From contig OZ245783.1 of NCBI GenBank assembly GCA_965227875.1, forward strand, positions 983,750 through 1,047,749: a stretch of DNA of 64,000 nucleotides, in the 5' to 3' direction. Every line of letters begins with the position of its first letter. The stretch's first letter is position 1. A program made the position numbers and the translations under genes. The notes beneath the pieces were generated by a model. That model had not been told where the DNA came from. It ran no database searches and worked only from the letters and a program-made list of their open reading frames with translations. Source of the stretch: Hyphomicrobiales bacterium. Lineage in GTDB: Bacteria; Pseudomonadota; Alphaproteobacteria; Rhizobiales; JAJFHC01. Shown here piece after piece: positions 1 through 9,123 of this stretch.

Positions 1-778
1 CGAAGTTAAACTCGTAGCCGAGAACAACATCAGCCTGATAAGTGCTTAGGTCAGTGCGCTCGTTGGAAGTCACACTAAACTCAGCAGGTCGTATTTTGGC
101 GAGTTTAGCTTTTTCACCTGGCGATTGAGGACTAAGGCTCGAGGGGCGTGGCAGGCTCAGGTCTTCGACCTTGCTAGTAACGCGGATTGCATATCCCTCA
201 CGGTCTGCCGGGTCTGGCAAATCCCCAACTGCTAAGCGATCGACACTGCGCGGTTTGGGTTTAAGGCAAGCAATTTGAACACCGTTGCGACCGTCATTGA
301 CAATGTCGCTTACAACTATCGATGAAACATCTGAACTTGCACCAGACGAGGTCGCGCGAACAATCTGATAATCAGTCCCTTTGATGGGCGTCGCTGAAAT
401 AGAAAACCGCATAATTGAAAGCGACTCTCGGTCATTTTTCGAGCACTGGTCCCGATTCTTTGGAATTTGATCGCAATGCCTTGGGTTTGTCAGAACTGCA
501 AGCTTTTCTGAGAGCTCCTCGGTCCCATCGTCATTGGTATCGATGACAATTGCCCAGTCGAGGTTATGGCCGGACAACCACTGCGTCTCTAGAATGCGAT
601 TTATCAGCTTTTTCTTATTGACGGTTTGATACTTAACTCCATTAATAGCCACCTTTTTTGAGGCGGTGCAAATTCCCTTCAAAGGAACGACGAAAGGCGA
701 AGCGATTGCTGCGTTTAATCCGAATATGGCGAACAACGCGCACAATCCAGCTAGTCTCAATTTCTCACTTCTATACAC
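1..778 (-). CDS. hypothetical exported protein, N-terminal ~259 codons only (runs off the left edge)
   Basis: Absent from the ORF track because it has no stop in the window. My translation of the minus strand from GTG at 778 reads MYRSEKLRLAGLCALFAIFGLNAAIASPFVVPLKG..., i.e. a basic N-region, a hydrophobic core and an AIA-S cleavage-like site. The frame stays open to position 1. The start lies 3 nt after the stop of the upstream ORF, suggesting translational coupling. Confidence 0.55.
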   Translation of the reverse strand, partial: MYRSEKLRLAGLCALFAIFGLNAAIASPFVVPLKGICTASKKVAINGVKYQTVNKKKLINRILETQWLSGHNLDWAIVIDTNDDGTEELSEKLAVLTNPRHCDQIPKNRDQCSKNDRESLSIMRFSISATPIKGTDYQIVRATSSGASSDVSSIVVSDIVNDGRNGVQIACLKPKPRSVDRLAVGDLPDPADREGYAIRVTSKVEDLSLPRPSSLSPQSPGEKAKLAKIRPAEFSVTSNERTDLSTYQADVVLGYEFNF

Positions 779-781
779 GTT

Positions 782-1129
782 TCAGCCCTCGAAATAGCCG
801 GCTTCTTGGTTAATCCTGTAAACGAAATACAGGACAGTTCTTCCAAGCACTACAACGACCGTTTTTCGAGCATCCGTCAGGTTGACAGTTAATTTGTAAC
901 CCTTGTCGTTTAGGTCGTTTTGCATCACCTTTAACGTTACTAGCCATCTGTTTGCGCTGATTCCCCAGTCATTTTCAGGAACTAGCGACCGCCAGTCAGA
1001 AGGTCTAACAATAATGCCTAGGTCTTCGTAAATTGCTTTTTTCAAGGAATCCCGAACGTCATCCTCTATACTTGAGGGCATTCGTCGTCTTGCCAAGCTG
1101 TGCTCTGCCAATATTCGTTTCCTAGGCAT
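782..1129 (-). CDS. hypothetical protein (island cargo)
   Basis: Track ORF 782..1213. I prefer the internal ATG at 1129 (MPRKRILAEH...). No family recognised. AT-rich codon usage matches the island. Confidence 0.4.
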   Translation of the reverse strand: MPRKRILAEHSLARRRMPSSIEDDVRDSLKKAIYEDLGIIVRPSDWRSLVPENDWGISANRWLVTLKVMQNDLNDKGYKLTVNLTDARKTVVVVLGRTVLYFVYRINQEAGYFEG

Positions 1130-1425
1130 GCTTATGACCCCCCGGTTCTTGACACATGTCGAATGTTGAGTTTCGTCCCGTGATTCTATCGTGAATGCAC
1201 GAAAACGATACAAGCTATCCCACTATGGCTTTGCATAAATTGGCGGGAATAAGAGTTGCGACGGAACACCAATAGCCACAGGAAACTTGGCATTCGTAAT
1301 AAGCGGTCGGCTCATGTGTTAAACCAACAAAAGAACAGTTTGTCGGCAAAAGTCGTGCTGGAAGAATTGAGAGTTCAGCACTAAGCCCTATCGCACTCCC
1401 TCAAGACAATCCGCCGCCCCATTGA

Positions 1426-1923
1426 GGATACCCTTTAGTTGTTTCCTCTAAGCCGTCGTCGCCAGGCCCGGGTTCACCATCGTCCTGCGGCAGAGTGGCC
1501 CACACTTGCCTGACCGCCTTCATGGACGTGAACGTGCTCGACTGTGACTTTCTGTTGGCCTTTTCCCCTATGTTTGTCGAGGGCGGCTGAAAGGTCAGGA
1601 AACGAGTGAACGAGCTTGGCGCCACGCGAGAAGATCCTGATGGCTGGTTTTTCCCGTCACCCAGGCCACATGCAAGTGACACCGACCACCGACACCGCAT
1701 GAATGCTCCGTTTGCGAGAGTAGTGAGGAGTGCCGGTTTAGATACGTCAGTTGTTACTCCCCATTTTCTACGACACACTGCAATAACGAACCTTGTGTAA
1801 GCTGGCGTAGACTTGCCGACAATCCAGCAAATTTTAGGGCACAAAACGCTGGCAATGGTGCTTCGGTATAGGCACGTCCATGCCACACATATAAGCGACG
1901 CGATGGACACGCTAAACACCTGA
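1426..1923 (+). pseudogene. tyrosine recombinase/phage integrase, C-terminal catalytic fragment with in-frame stops
   Basis: Frame 1 reads ...FFPSPRP...FARVVRSAGLDTSVVTPHFLRHTAITNLV*AGVDLPTIQQILGHKTLAMVLRYRHVHATHISDAMDTLNT. These are the HxLRHT and LGH...Y catalytic motifs. The frame is interrupted by TGA at 1588 and TAA at 1798, and the N-terminal core-binding domain is missing. Confidence 0.8.
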
Positions 1924-2024
1924 TCTCTGGCGCAGTTACACAGAAGTTACACTCAACGGCCACGGCGCGTCAGCGGCAGGATTGCGCTACGCTAATTAAA
2001 GCATTGATAAATCTGAGAGAATTT

Positions 2025-2101
2025 TGGTAGCGGAGGAGGGACTTGAACCCCCGACACGCGGATTATGATTCCGCTGCTCTAACCGACTGAGCTACTCCGC
2101 C
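2025..2101 (-). tRNA. tRNA-Met (anticodon CAU; could alternatively be the lysidine-modified tRNA-Ile2)
   Basis: The reverse complement folds by hand into a 77-nt cloverleaf: GGCGGAG-TA-GCTC-AGTCGGTTA-GAGC-A-GCGGA-ATCATAA-TCCGC-GTGTC-GGGGG-TTCAAGT-CCCTC-CTCCGCT-ACCA. The CCA end is encoded. Confidence 0.9.
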
Positions 2102-2174
2102 ACAGGTGCCGGCGGGCGCGTGGGTGATGCGCCCGCGAAGTGCGACGCGATATAAGGGCCGGGGGGCGGTCCTG

Positions 2175-3419
2175 TCAAGCCGTCGTTGGCTCCGGCGCCC
2201 GCACCCCGGCAACCGTTGCCCCGGCTGCCGACACGCCGTCGCTTTCCGGGCGGGCCTCGTCGATCCAGCCGCCGCCCAGCACCCGGGCGCCCGGCGCATC
2301 GCTTTCGTAGAAGACGCAGGCCTGGCCCGGCGAAATGCCGAACTCACCCTCGCCCAGGCGCACGCCGACCGCGCCGCCGTCGAGCAGCTTCAACCGCGCC
2401 GCCTGTGGCGGCCGCGTGGAGCGGACCTTGACGAAGAAGTCGAGCCCGTCTGCCGCGGCCTCCTCGACCGTCGCGTCGCCCAGCCAGTTGATGTCGCGCA
2501 GGCGCATGTCGCGGGTATAGAGCGCCTCGCGCGGGCCGACGACGACCGTGGCCGCCTCCTTGTCGAGCCGCACCACGAAGAGCGGCTCTCCCGTCGCCAC
2601 GCCGAGACCGCGGCGCTGGCCGACGGTGAAATTGACGATCCCGTCGTGCCGCCCCAGTTCGCGTCCGTCGAGATGCACGATCGGGCCCGGATCGCCGGCC
2701 TGCGGACGCAGGCGTTCGATCACCGAGGTGTAGCGCCCGGTGGGCACGAAGCAGATGTCCTGGCTGTCCGGCTTGGCCGCCACGCCGAGGCCGAGTTCGG
2801 TGGCCATGCGACGCGTTTCCTCCTTGGGGATCTCGCCCAGCGGGAAACGCAGGAAGTCGAGTTGCTCCTGCGTGGTCGCGAACAGGAAGTAGCTCTGGTC
2901 GCGGGTCTCGTCGAGCGCCCGGTAGAGCCGCCGCCGGCCCGGCATGTCCGGGTCGGGCCGGGTGGTGATGTAGTGGCCGGTGGCGAGGCACGCCGCCCCC
3001 AGATCACGCGCGGTGCCGAGCAGGTCACGGAACTTGACCGTCTGGTTGCACAGCACGCAGGGGATCGGCGTCTCGCCCGCAATGTAGCTGTTGGCGAAGG
3101 CGTCGATGACCGAGCTGCGGAAGCGGTCCTCGTAGTCGAGCACGTAATGCGCGATGCCGAGCGTTTCGGCGACCCGGCGCGCATCGTGGATATCCTGGCC
3201 CGCGCAGCATGCGCCCTTCTTCTGGATCGCCGCCCCATGGTCGTAGAGCTGCAACGTCATGCCCACGACCTCGTAGCCCTGGCGCGCGAGCAGTCCCGCG
3301 GTCACCGAGGAATCGACGCCGCCGGACATGGCGACCACGACGCGCGTGTCCTCCGGCCGGCCGGACAGGCCGAGGCTGTTGAGGCCCGTTGCGGGATCGT
3401 ATGCTGTCCGGTCGTCCAT
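2175..3419 (-). CDS. mnmA: tRNA 2-thiouridine(34) synthase MnmA
   Basis: 414-aa ORF with the PP-loop [10 protein letters not shown] near the N-terminus, plus CNQTVKF and GQACVFY motifs typical of MnmA/TrmU. Confidence 0.93.
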   Translation of the reverse strand: MDDRTAYDPATGLNSLGLSGRPEDTRVVVAMSGGVDSSVTAGLLARQGYEVVGMTLQLYDHGAAIQKKGACCAGQDIHDARRVAETLGIAHYVLDYEDRFRSSVIDAFANSYIAGETPIPCVLCNQTVKFRDLLGTARDLGAACLATGHYITTRPDPDMPGRRRLYRALDETRDQSYFLFATTQEQLDFLRFPLGEIPKEETRRMATELGLGVAAKPDSQDICFVPTGRYTSVIERLRPQAGDPGPIVHLDGRELGRHDGIVNFTVGQRRGLGVATGEPLFVVRLDKEAATVVVGPREALYTRDMRLRDINWLGDATVEEAAADGLDFFVKVRSTRPPQAARLKLLDGGAVGVRLGEGEFGISPGQACVFYESDAPGARVLGGGWIDEARPESDGVSAAGATVAGVRAPEPTTA

Positions 3420-3522
3420 CGTCTCTGCTTTCGAGGCGCGCGCCGCGTGCCTGTTACCGGGGTTCCGCCGTCATATGGCGCAAGCGGCCCGCGGGCGCAA
3501 GATGCCCGTGACCCTGCACATT

Positions 3523-3540
3523 TTGCCGGGTGCCCGGCAA
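3523..3540. promoter_or_regulatory. perfect palindrome TTGCCGGG-TG-CCCGGCAA, candidate enhancer (FlbD/ftr-like) site for the fliK promoter
   Basis: 8-bp inverted repeat read directly from the sequence. It is centred roughly 90-100 bp upstream of the sigma-54 -24/-12 element at 3623-3638. An AT-rich patch (gattataaag) lies between them. Confidence 0.35.
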
Positions 3541-3622
3541 GCCTGTCCCGGCCAGCTTGACCCGCTTATCCGGCTTACGGGTCAACCTCCTGATTATAAA
3601 GCACGTTTCCGCGGCCCGTTTA

Positions 3623-3638
3623 TGGCCCGGCGCTTGCT
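3623..3638 (+). promoter_or_regulatory. sigma-54 (-24/-12) promoter upstream of fliK-flgD
   Basis: TGGCCC-GGCGC-TTGCT. GG and GC are separated by exactly 10 nt, matching TGGCAC-N5-TTGCW. It lies 48 nt upstream of the TTG at 3686. A sigma-54 activator (flbD) is encoded in the same cluster. Confidence 0.65.
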
Positions 3639-3685
3639 TGGAAACGTCCGACTGGAAAATCAGCCGATCACCGGAGCACAGTGCC

Positions 3686-5398
3686 TTGAGCAACATTCTC
3701 GCCCTCGCCCTTCGCGCCGACGCCACACCGGACCGTCCGCACGAGCCGGCCCCGCGCCAGCGGCCCGAGCGCGGATTCGACTCCCATCTCGAGGGGTACG
3801 GCCGCGACCGTGCCGACGACCGTCGGGCGGACGGGCGCAGGCCGGATGGAGACAGGGCCGAACCCCGGCGCGACCGCCCGTCGCCCCCCGATCACGCCCC
3901 GGCCCATGGCCGCCGCCGCGAGACCCGCGACGAGGCCCCGCCGGCCGCGACGCGCGAAGGGTCCGCGGACGAAGCGGCCACGGTCGCCGGCGGCGACACC
4001 GAAGCCACGCAGGACACCGGCGTCGAGAATAGCCAAACCGCATCGGACGCGGCCCAGGCCAATGAATCGGATGGAACCGCACCCGATGATGCGGACCTGG
4101 CCACGTCGGCCGGCGACGAAGGCAACCCGGCCCCCGCCGCAACGGTCGCATCCGTCGCCACCGCCGATGCATTGGGCGAGCCCGGCCTGACCGGGGACGC
4201 CGCCGCGCCCGCACCGGTCGTGACCTCGCAAACGCAGGACACGGGCGCCGCGGATACCGCCGGCGACACGGCCACCGGAGTCACGGATCAGACGGAAGCC
4301 TCATCGCGGCAAGCCACCACGGCGGAGACAATCGCCGGCACGGAAAGCACCCACGCACTCACGGAAACCGGAAACGCCGGCGACGCCTCCGACACTGCGG
4401 GAGACGCGGAGGCCACCGCCGACACCACCGGAGATGCGGCTGAGACGGCCGAAGGCGACAGCGTCGCGGAGGTCACGCCCGATCCCGCGCTCGCCGCGGC
4501 GGGGCCGGCCACGGCTGTGGCGTCCTCCCTGCCCGGCTCGGCCGTCCAGACCGGTTCCGAACGTCCCGGTGCCCGCGGTCTTCTGTCCGCACGCGGTCCC
4601 GCGACCCCGTTCGGACCGCAGGCAGCCGACCCGTCCGCCCTGTCCGGCGCCAGACCGGGCCTTGAAACCGGCGAGGCTGCCACCCGCACCGCCAACGCGG
4701 ACCAGCCCGCCAGGTCGGAGAATTTCGAACGCCTGCTTCCAGGCCAGCGCGCAGATGATGCGACAGCGAAGCCACGTCCGGCGGACGGCGCACAAAACCC
4801 CGCCACGACCACCACGGCCGCGCCTCCGCCTCCGGTCACCGCCGCGGGGGCGACCGGCGAGGGCCTGCTGCTGCAGCCGCTCGACGGAACCGAACAGGCC
4901 ACCGCACGCGGCGCCGTCCAGGACAGCGCGCCCACCATACGTCTCGTCTCGGCCGCACGGGGCGCGGGGGCGACCGTCACCGCGACACCGGTCAACACGC
5001 TCGCCTTCCACATCGCCCGGCACGCCGGCGAGGGTGTCAACCGGTTCCAGATCAGGATCGACCCGCCGGAAATGGGCCGCATCGACGTCTCCATGGAGGT
5101 CGACCGCGACGGTGGCGTCAAGGTCCACCTCACGGTGGAACGGTCGGAGGCGCTCGACTTCCTGCAGCGTGACGCCCGGGCGCTCGAACGGGCGCTCAAC
5201 GACGCCGGCCTCGATGCGGACGACGGCGCCCTCTCCTTCTCTCTCTCCGACGGTGACGGCGACGTGCCCGAGGATGCCGACGGCAGCAATTCGCGCGGAC
5301 CGGGCGCGGGCGAAACCGCGGCCGACGCCGGCGAGACCGGCGAATCCGAAACCATCGCCGGCCTCGCCGTTGCCGGCGGCCTCGACATCAAGGTCTAG
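3686..5398 (+). CDS. fliK: flagellar hook-length control protein FliK
   Basis: The C-terminal segment RIDPPEMGRIDVSMEVDRDGGVKVHLTVERSEALDFLQRDARALERALNDAGL matches the FliK/Flg_hook domain. A long Ala/Thr/Asp/Pro low-complexity region precedes it, and flgD follows directly. The track ORF begins at GTG 3530, but the sigma-54 promoter lies inside that extension. I therefore prefer TTG 3686, which has GGAG 10 nt upstream. The start remains uncertain. Confidence 0.8.
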   Translation: MSNILALALRADATPDRPHEPAPRQRPERGFDSHLEGYGRDRADDRRADGRRPDGDRAEPRRDRPSPPDHAPAHGRRRETRDEAPPAATREGSADEAATVAGGDTEATQDTGVENSQTASDAAQANESDGTAPDDADLATSAGDEGNPAPAATVASVATADALGEPGLTGDAAAPAPVVTSQTQDTGAADTAGDTATGVTDQTEASSRQATTAETIAGTESTHALTETGNAGDASDTAGDAEATADTTGDAAETAEGDSVAEVTPDPALAAAGPATAVASSLPGSAVQTGSERPGARGLLSARGPATPFGPQAADPSALSGARPGLETGEAATRTANADQPARSENFERLLPGQRADDATAKPRPADGAQNPATTTTAAPPPPVTAAGATGEGLLLQPLDGTEQATARGAVQDSAPTIRLVSAARGAGATVTATPVNTLAFHIARHAGEGVNRFQIRIDPPEMGRIDVSMEVDRDGGVKVHLTVERSEALDFLQRDARALERALNDAGLDADDGALSFSLSDGDGDVPEDADGSNSRGPGAGETAADAGETGESETIAGLAVAGGLDIKV

Positions 5399-5413
5399 AA
5401 AGGACAGCGAACC

Positions 5414-6079
5414 ATGGATCTCGGCGCCCTCTCGGCCATCTCCTCGTCTTCGTCCTCCGCTGCGAGTTCGGGCAACACCATTGCAGGCAATTTCCAGACC
5501 TTCCTGACCCTGCTCACCACCCAGTTGCAGAACCAGAACCCGCTGGAGCCGCTCGACACCAACCAGTTCACCCAGCAGCTCGTCCAGTTCGCCGGCGTCG
5601 AGCAGACGATCCAGACCAACGAAAATCTCGAGAACCTGCTGTCCCTCACGACCGCCAGCACGCTCACCAACGCCGTCGGCTTCATCGGCAAGACGATCAC
5701 GGCCGAGGGCGTTTCCTCGCAGCTCGCCAACGGATCGGCCTCCTGGAGCTACACCGTGGCCGAGGAAAGCCCGGAAGCGAGTGTGACCATCCGCGACGAG
5801 AACGGAACCATCGTCTACACCGAGGAAATGGAGCTCAAGGCCGGCACACATGCGCTCTACTGGGACGGCCGCAGGAACGACGGCACCCTCGCCGCCAACG
5901 GCACATACCGCATTGCCATCGAGGCCAAGGATGCCGACGGATCGGCACTCGACGTCGACACCAGCGTCTCCGGCGTCGTGGACGGGGTTGATATGACCGA
6001 CAGCGAACCCTATCTCACGGTCAACGGAAACCGCATCAAGTTTGCCGCCGTGCAGACCGTCCAGGACACGCCGCTATGA
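5414..6079 (+). CDS. flgD: flagellar hook assembly (capping) protein FlgD
   Basis: NFQTFLTLLTTQLQNQNPLEPLDTNQFTQQLVQFAGVEQ is the conserved FlgD N-terminal motif. The C-terminal part (YTVAEESPEASVTIRDENG...YWDGRRNDG) looks like the FlgD Ig-like domain. Confidence 0.92.
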   Translation: MDLGALSAISSSSSSAASSGNTIAGNFQTFLTLLTTQLQNQNPLEPLDTNQFTQQLVQFAGVEQTIQTNENLENLLSLTTASTLTNAVGFIGKTITAEGVSSQLANGSASWSYTVAEESPEASVTIRDENGTIVYTEEMELKAGTHALYWDGRRNDGTLAANGTYRIAIEAKDADGSALDVDTSVSGVVDGVDMTDSEPYLTVNGNRIKFAAVQTVQDTPL

Positions 6080-6248
6080 CGCGATCCTGAAAGAAAAATG
6101 CGCTAAATGATTGAAAATGCCCCGGATTGTTCGGATCTGGGACATCTTTCGTGTGCTTTTCAGGTTTCCTTTACCCTGGGTTTTAGGTCTTTCTTAAACG
6201 GCATCGCGTAATCTCGGCGACTGAGTTGGTCAGTTGGATACGAGTATT

Positions 6249-6524
6249 ATGTCCGAACAGTACAGGCCCCGCGTCAATTATGTTATCGGGCCGGATGGCA
6301 GTCCCCTGACGATTGCCGACCTTCCGCCAGCCAATACCAAGCGGTGGGTCATTCGCAGGAAAGCCGAAGTCGTCGCCGCTGTACGCGGCGGTCTGCTCAG
6401 CATCGAGGAGGCCTGCCAGCGCTACACGCTCACAGTCGAGGAGTTCCTCAGCTGGCAGCGTTCGATCGACCGCCACGGCCTCGCCGGCCTGCGCGCCACG
6501 CGAATCCAGCACTACCGCCACTGA
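6249..6524 (+). CDS. sciP: DUF1153-type HTH protein, SciP-like CtrA inhibitor
   Basis: ~91 aa: MSEQYRPRVNYVIGPDGSPLTIADLPPANTKRWVIRRKAEVVAAVRGGLLSIEEACQRYTLTVEEFLSWQRSIDRHGLAGLRATR. It matches my memory of Caulobacter SciP and sits in the same position, between the hook operon and fliF. The track starts at TTG 6234; ATG 6249 is preferred. Confidence 0.8.
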   Translation: MSEQYRPRVNYVIGPDGSPLTIADLPPANTKRWVIRRKAEVVAAVRGGLLSIEEACQRYTLTVEEFLSWQRSIDRHGLAGLRATRIQHYRH

Positions 6525-6587
6525 CGAGACATCCTGACGGAAGTCGTTCCATAAGATCCCGACACGATCTCATCGATCGCTTCCGAC

Positions 6588-6617
6588 GAGGCCGGCCACC
6601 TGAGCCGGCCTTTTTTG
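6588..6617 (+). terminator. Rho-independent terminator after sciP
   Basis: GAGGCCGGCcacctgaGCCGGCC followed by TTTTTTGTT. Confidence 0.75.
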
Positions 6618-6719
6618 TTGTGCGGCCACGCCGTCAACCGCCCCTCCGCACCCCGACCACCCGCTTCACCTCACCCACCCGACACCTCTTCACGCTTCTC
6701 CGCTCCCGGGACAGTTGCC

Positions 6720-7176
6720 GAATTTCCGGCAAACGGCGGCATCCAGGCTCGACGGACGGTCTGGGTCCTGACTTTCGTCAGGAATACGGCGGCGGTGGCG
6801 TCGCCGCCCCCGAACCCAACGCGCTCCTCGAATTGCCGGCGAAAGCCGGCATCTAGGCCGGCGGACTGGATCCTGACTTTCGCCAGGAATGCGGCGGCGG
6901 TGGCGGCGCCGTCGCCCCCGAACCCAACACGCTTCCCGAATTGCCGGCGAAAGCCGGCATCCACACCGGCCAGCGGTCTGGGTCCTGACGTTCGTCAGGA
7001 ATGCGGCGATGGCGCCGTCGCCTCCCGACCCCAAGCGTTGCCCGAATTGCCGGCGAAGGCCGGCATCCATACCAGCCGGCTGTCTGGATCCTGACTTTCG
7101 TCAGGAATGCGGGGGTGGTGGCGGCGGCCGCGACCCGGAGCGCCCCCCGAATTGCCGGCGGAAGCCGGCATCCAGC
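6720..7176. repeat. tandem array of a ~105-110-bp unit (4 full units plus a fifth head), two hairpins per unit
   Basis: The unit head GAATTGCCGGCGAAAGCCGGCATCC recurs at 6830, 6938, 7044 and 7149, with a degenerate copy at 6720. The periods are 110, 108, 106 and 105. Each unit has hairpin 1, TGCCGGC-GAAA-GCCGGCA, and hairpin 2, TCCTGAC-TTTC-GTCAGGA. Track ORFs here (6344..7381, both strands) are just translations of the repeat. Confidence 0.9.
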
Positions 7177-7449
7177 CGGGTGCTCCGGGCGAACGGTTAA
7201 CGCGGCCCGGCAGGAATTGCCCGGCGGCGGGGCGGCCCGGGCGGGAAAACTGCACTGTGCGGTGACTTTCCGGACACCAACGTCGCCCCCGTTAAGAACT
7301 TGTTTAGGCAAACATAGGAAATTTTTTCCTACCGGCCCGCCACGGCGACGATTCGTCCGCCAGGGATTAGCGGCCGGTTAAAGGCAGGGGCGAAATCTTC
7401 CGGTCGAAGTCCGACAGACGCACTAGCGGGAAGTTGAAGGGTTGAAGTC

Positions 7450-9123
7450 TTGAATGGCGCGATAGAGTTCATCAAAACGATCGGAAGCGCACGCCTCGCC
7501 GCCATGGCCGCGGTGACGGTCGCGCTCATCGCGTTTTTCATCTTCATCATCATGCGCATGTCCCAGCCGCAGATGACGACGCTCTTCACGGACATGCCGC
7601 TGGAGGACTCCAGCGAGGTCGTCGGCAAGCTCGAAAGCCTCAACGTACCCTTCGAACTGCGCAATGACGGCGCGACCATCCTGGTCCCCAAGGAACAGGT
7701 GCTGCGCCTGCGCATGTCGCTGGCCGAGGAAGGCCTGCCGGCCGGCGGCTCCGTCGGCTACGAGATTTTCGACAAGGGCGACGCGCTCGGCGCCACAAGC
7801 TTCGTCCAGAACATCAACCATCTTCGCGCGCTCGAGGGCGAGCTCGCCCGCACGATCCGTGCGCTCGACCGGGTCAAGATGGCCCGCGTCCACCTCGTGA
7901 TCCCCAAGCGCCAGCTCTTCGCCCAGGACCGATCCGAACCCACGGCGTCGATCGTGCTGCGGATCCGCGGTGACCTCGGACGCGGCCAGATCCGCGCCAT
8001 CCAGCACCTCGTCGCCTCTGCGGTCAAGGACCTCAAGCCGGCGAACGTGTCCATCGTCGACGAGCACGGGACCCTGCTGGCGAGCGGTCTCGGCGCTGGC
8101 GACCAGTCGGCGGCGATCGGCGCGCTGGAGGAACGCAACCAGACCTTCGAACGCCGGATGCAGAGCCAGATCGAACAGATCGTCACCAGCGTCGTCGGGC
8201 CCAAGAACGCCCGGGTCCAGGTCAATGCCGAGATCGACTACAACCGGGTGACCCAGACCGAGGAAACCTTCGATCCCGACGGCCAGGTCGTGCGCTCGAC
8301 CCAGACCCGCGAGGAAACCGCCAACGCACGTGACGGCGGCGCGGGCGGCGGCGTCACCGTTGGCAACGAACTCCCCGGCGCCGGCGCCAACAATGGCGGT
8401 GGCCGCGCCACCTCCGAGGCGTCCAACAAGACCGAGGAGATCGTCAACTACGAGATCTCCAAGACCACCAAGCAGGAGGTCATGGAAGCCGGCCGGGTGA
8501 AGCGCCTGTCCGTCGCGGTTCTCGTCGACGGCACCTACGAGAAGGACGCGGCAGGCACCGTCGCCTACGTGCCGCGGCCCAAGGAACAGCTCGACCAGAT
8601 CGCCACGCTCGTCCGCTCCGCCATCGGCTTCGACCAGGCCCGCGGCGACGTCGTCGAGGTCGTCAATCTGCAGTTCGCCCCGCTCGCCGCTCCCGAGGAC
8701 CTCGCCGATGCGGAGGCGTCGCTCTTCGACTTCACCCAGGAAGACTATTTCTACATGGCCGAATTGGCCGTGCTGCTGATCATCTCCATCCTCGTCCTGC
8801 TCCTGGTCGTGCGTCCGCTCGTGCGCCGCATCGTCACGCCGGAGGACAACAACGCCCTCGACGTGGCCCAGATCGCGACCAGCGTGACAGAGGGCAACGA
8901 ATCCGGCGAACCGATGACAGAGGAAGAGCGCGCGGCCAAGGACAGGGCCGATGCGGCCGCCCTCCCCAAACCGGAGAGTGAAGCCTCCACCCTTATCGAA
9001 TACGCACAGATGGTCGGTGAAGCCCAGGGCCACACCATCCGCAAGGTCGCGGACCTGGTGAGACAGAATCCTGACGAGGCGGTCTCGATCATCCGTCAGT
9101 GGATCAATGACGAGGCGGCATGA
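7450..9123 (+). CDS. fliF: flagellar M-ring protein FliF
   Basis: 557 aa. An N-terminal TM segment is followed by [53 protein letters not shown] (the YscJ/FliF motif) and a second TM near the C-terminus. TTG start. Its stop overlaps the fliG ATG. Confidence 0.93.
   Translation: MNGAIEFIKTIGSARLAAMAAVTVALIAFFIFIIMRMSQPQMTTLFTDMPLEDSSEVVGKLESLNVPFELRNDGATILVPKEQVLRLRMSLAEEGLPAGGSVGYEIFDKGDALGATSFVQNINHLRALEGELARTIRALDRVKMARVHLVIPKRQLFAQDRSEPTASIVLRIRGDLGRGQIRAIQHLVASAVKDLKPANVSIVDEHGTLLASGLGAGDQSAAIGALEERNQTFERRMQSQIEQIVTSVVGPKNARVQVNAEIDYNRVTQTEETFDPDGQVVRSTQTREETANARDGGAGGGVTVGNELPGAGANNGGGRATSEASNKTEEIVNYEISKTTKQEVMEAGRVKRLSVAVLVDGTYEKDAAGTVAYVPRPKEQLDQIATLVRSAIGFDQARGDVVEVVNLQFAPLAAPEDLADAEASLFDFTQEDYFYMAELAVLLIISILVLLLVVRPLVRRIVTPEDNNALDVAQIATSVTEGNESGEPMTEEERAAKDRADAAALPKPESEASTLIEYAQMVGEAQGHTIRKVADLVRQNPDEAVSIIRQWINDEAA

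Larger units (their letters stand above)
1..2024. mobile_element. remnant of a tRNA-targeted genomic island (extends beyond the left window edge)
   Basis: Visibly AT-richer than the rest of the window. A decayed tyrosine-integrase gene ends about 100 nt from the 3' (CCA) end of tRNA-Met at 2025. The cargo ORFs have no recognisable family. Confidence 0.6.

Noticed and set aside
1401-1919. 172-aa minus-strand ORF and other small ORFs (1754..1963) in the island
   Set aside because: They lie antisense to the recognisable integrase remnant. The plus strand carries the HxLRHT...LGH...Y motifs.
3686-5398. Low-complexity Thr/Ala/Asp-rich repeats in FliK (DTAGD/ETAEG-like) as a distinct repeat feature or adhesin
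   Set aside because: The C-terminal FliK domain and its position before flgD explain the gene. Compositional bias is typical of the FliK ruler region.
6720-7176. Possible CRISPR array
   Set aside because: The whole ~106-bp unit is conserved from copy to copy, so there are no unique spacers. The unit is far longer than a CRISPR repeat, and no cas genes are nearby.
6344-7381. Cluster of overlapping 90-170-aa ORFs on both strands with repeated peptide blocks (e.g. DAGFRRQFG...)
   Set aside because: They are translations of the ~106-bp tandem DNA repeat. The periodicity is at the DNA level, both strands are equally open, and there are no RBS or start-context signals.
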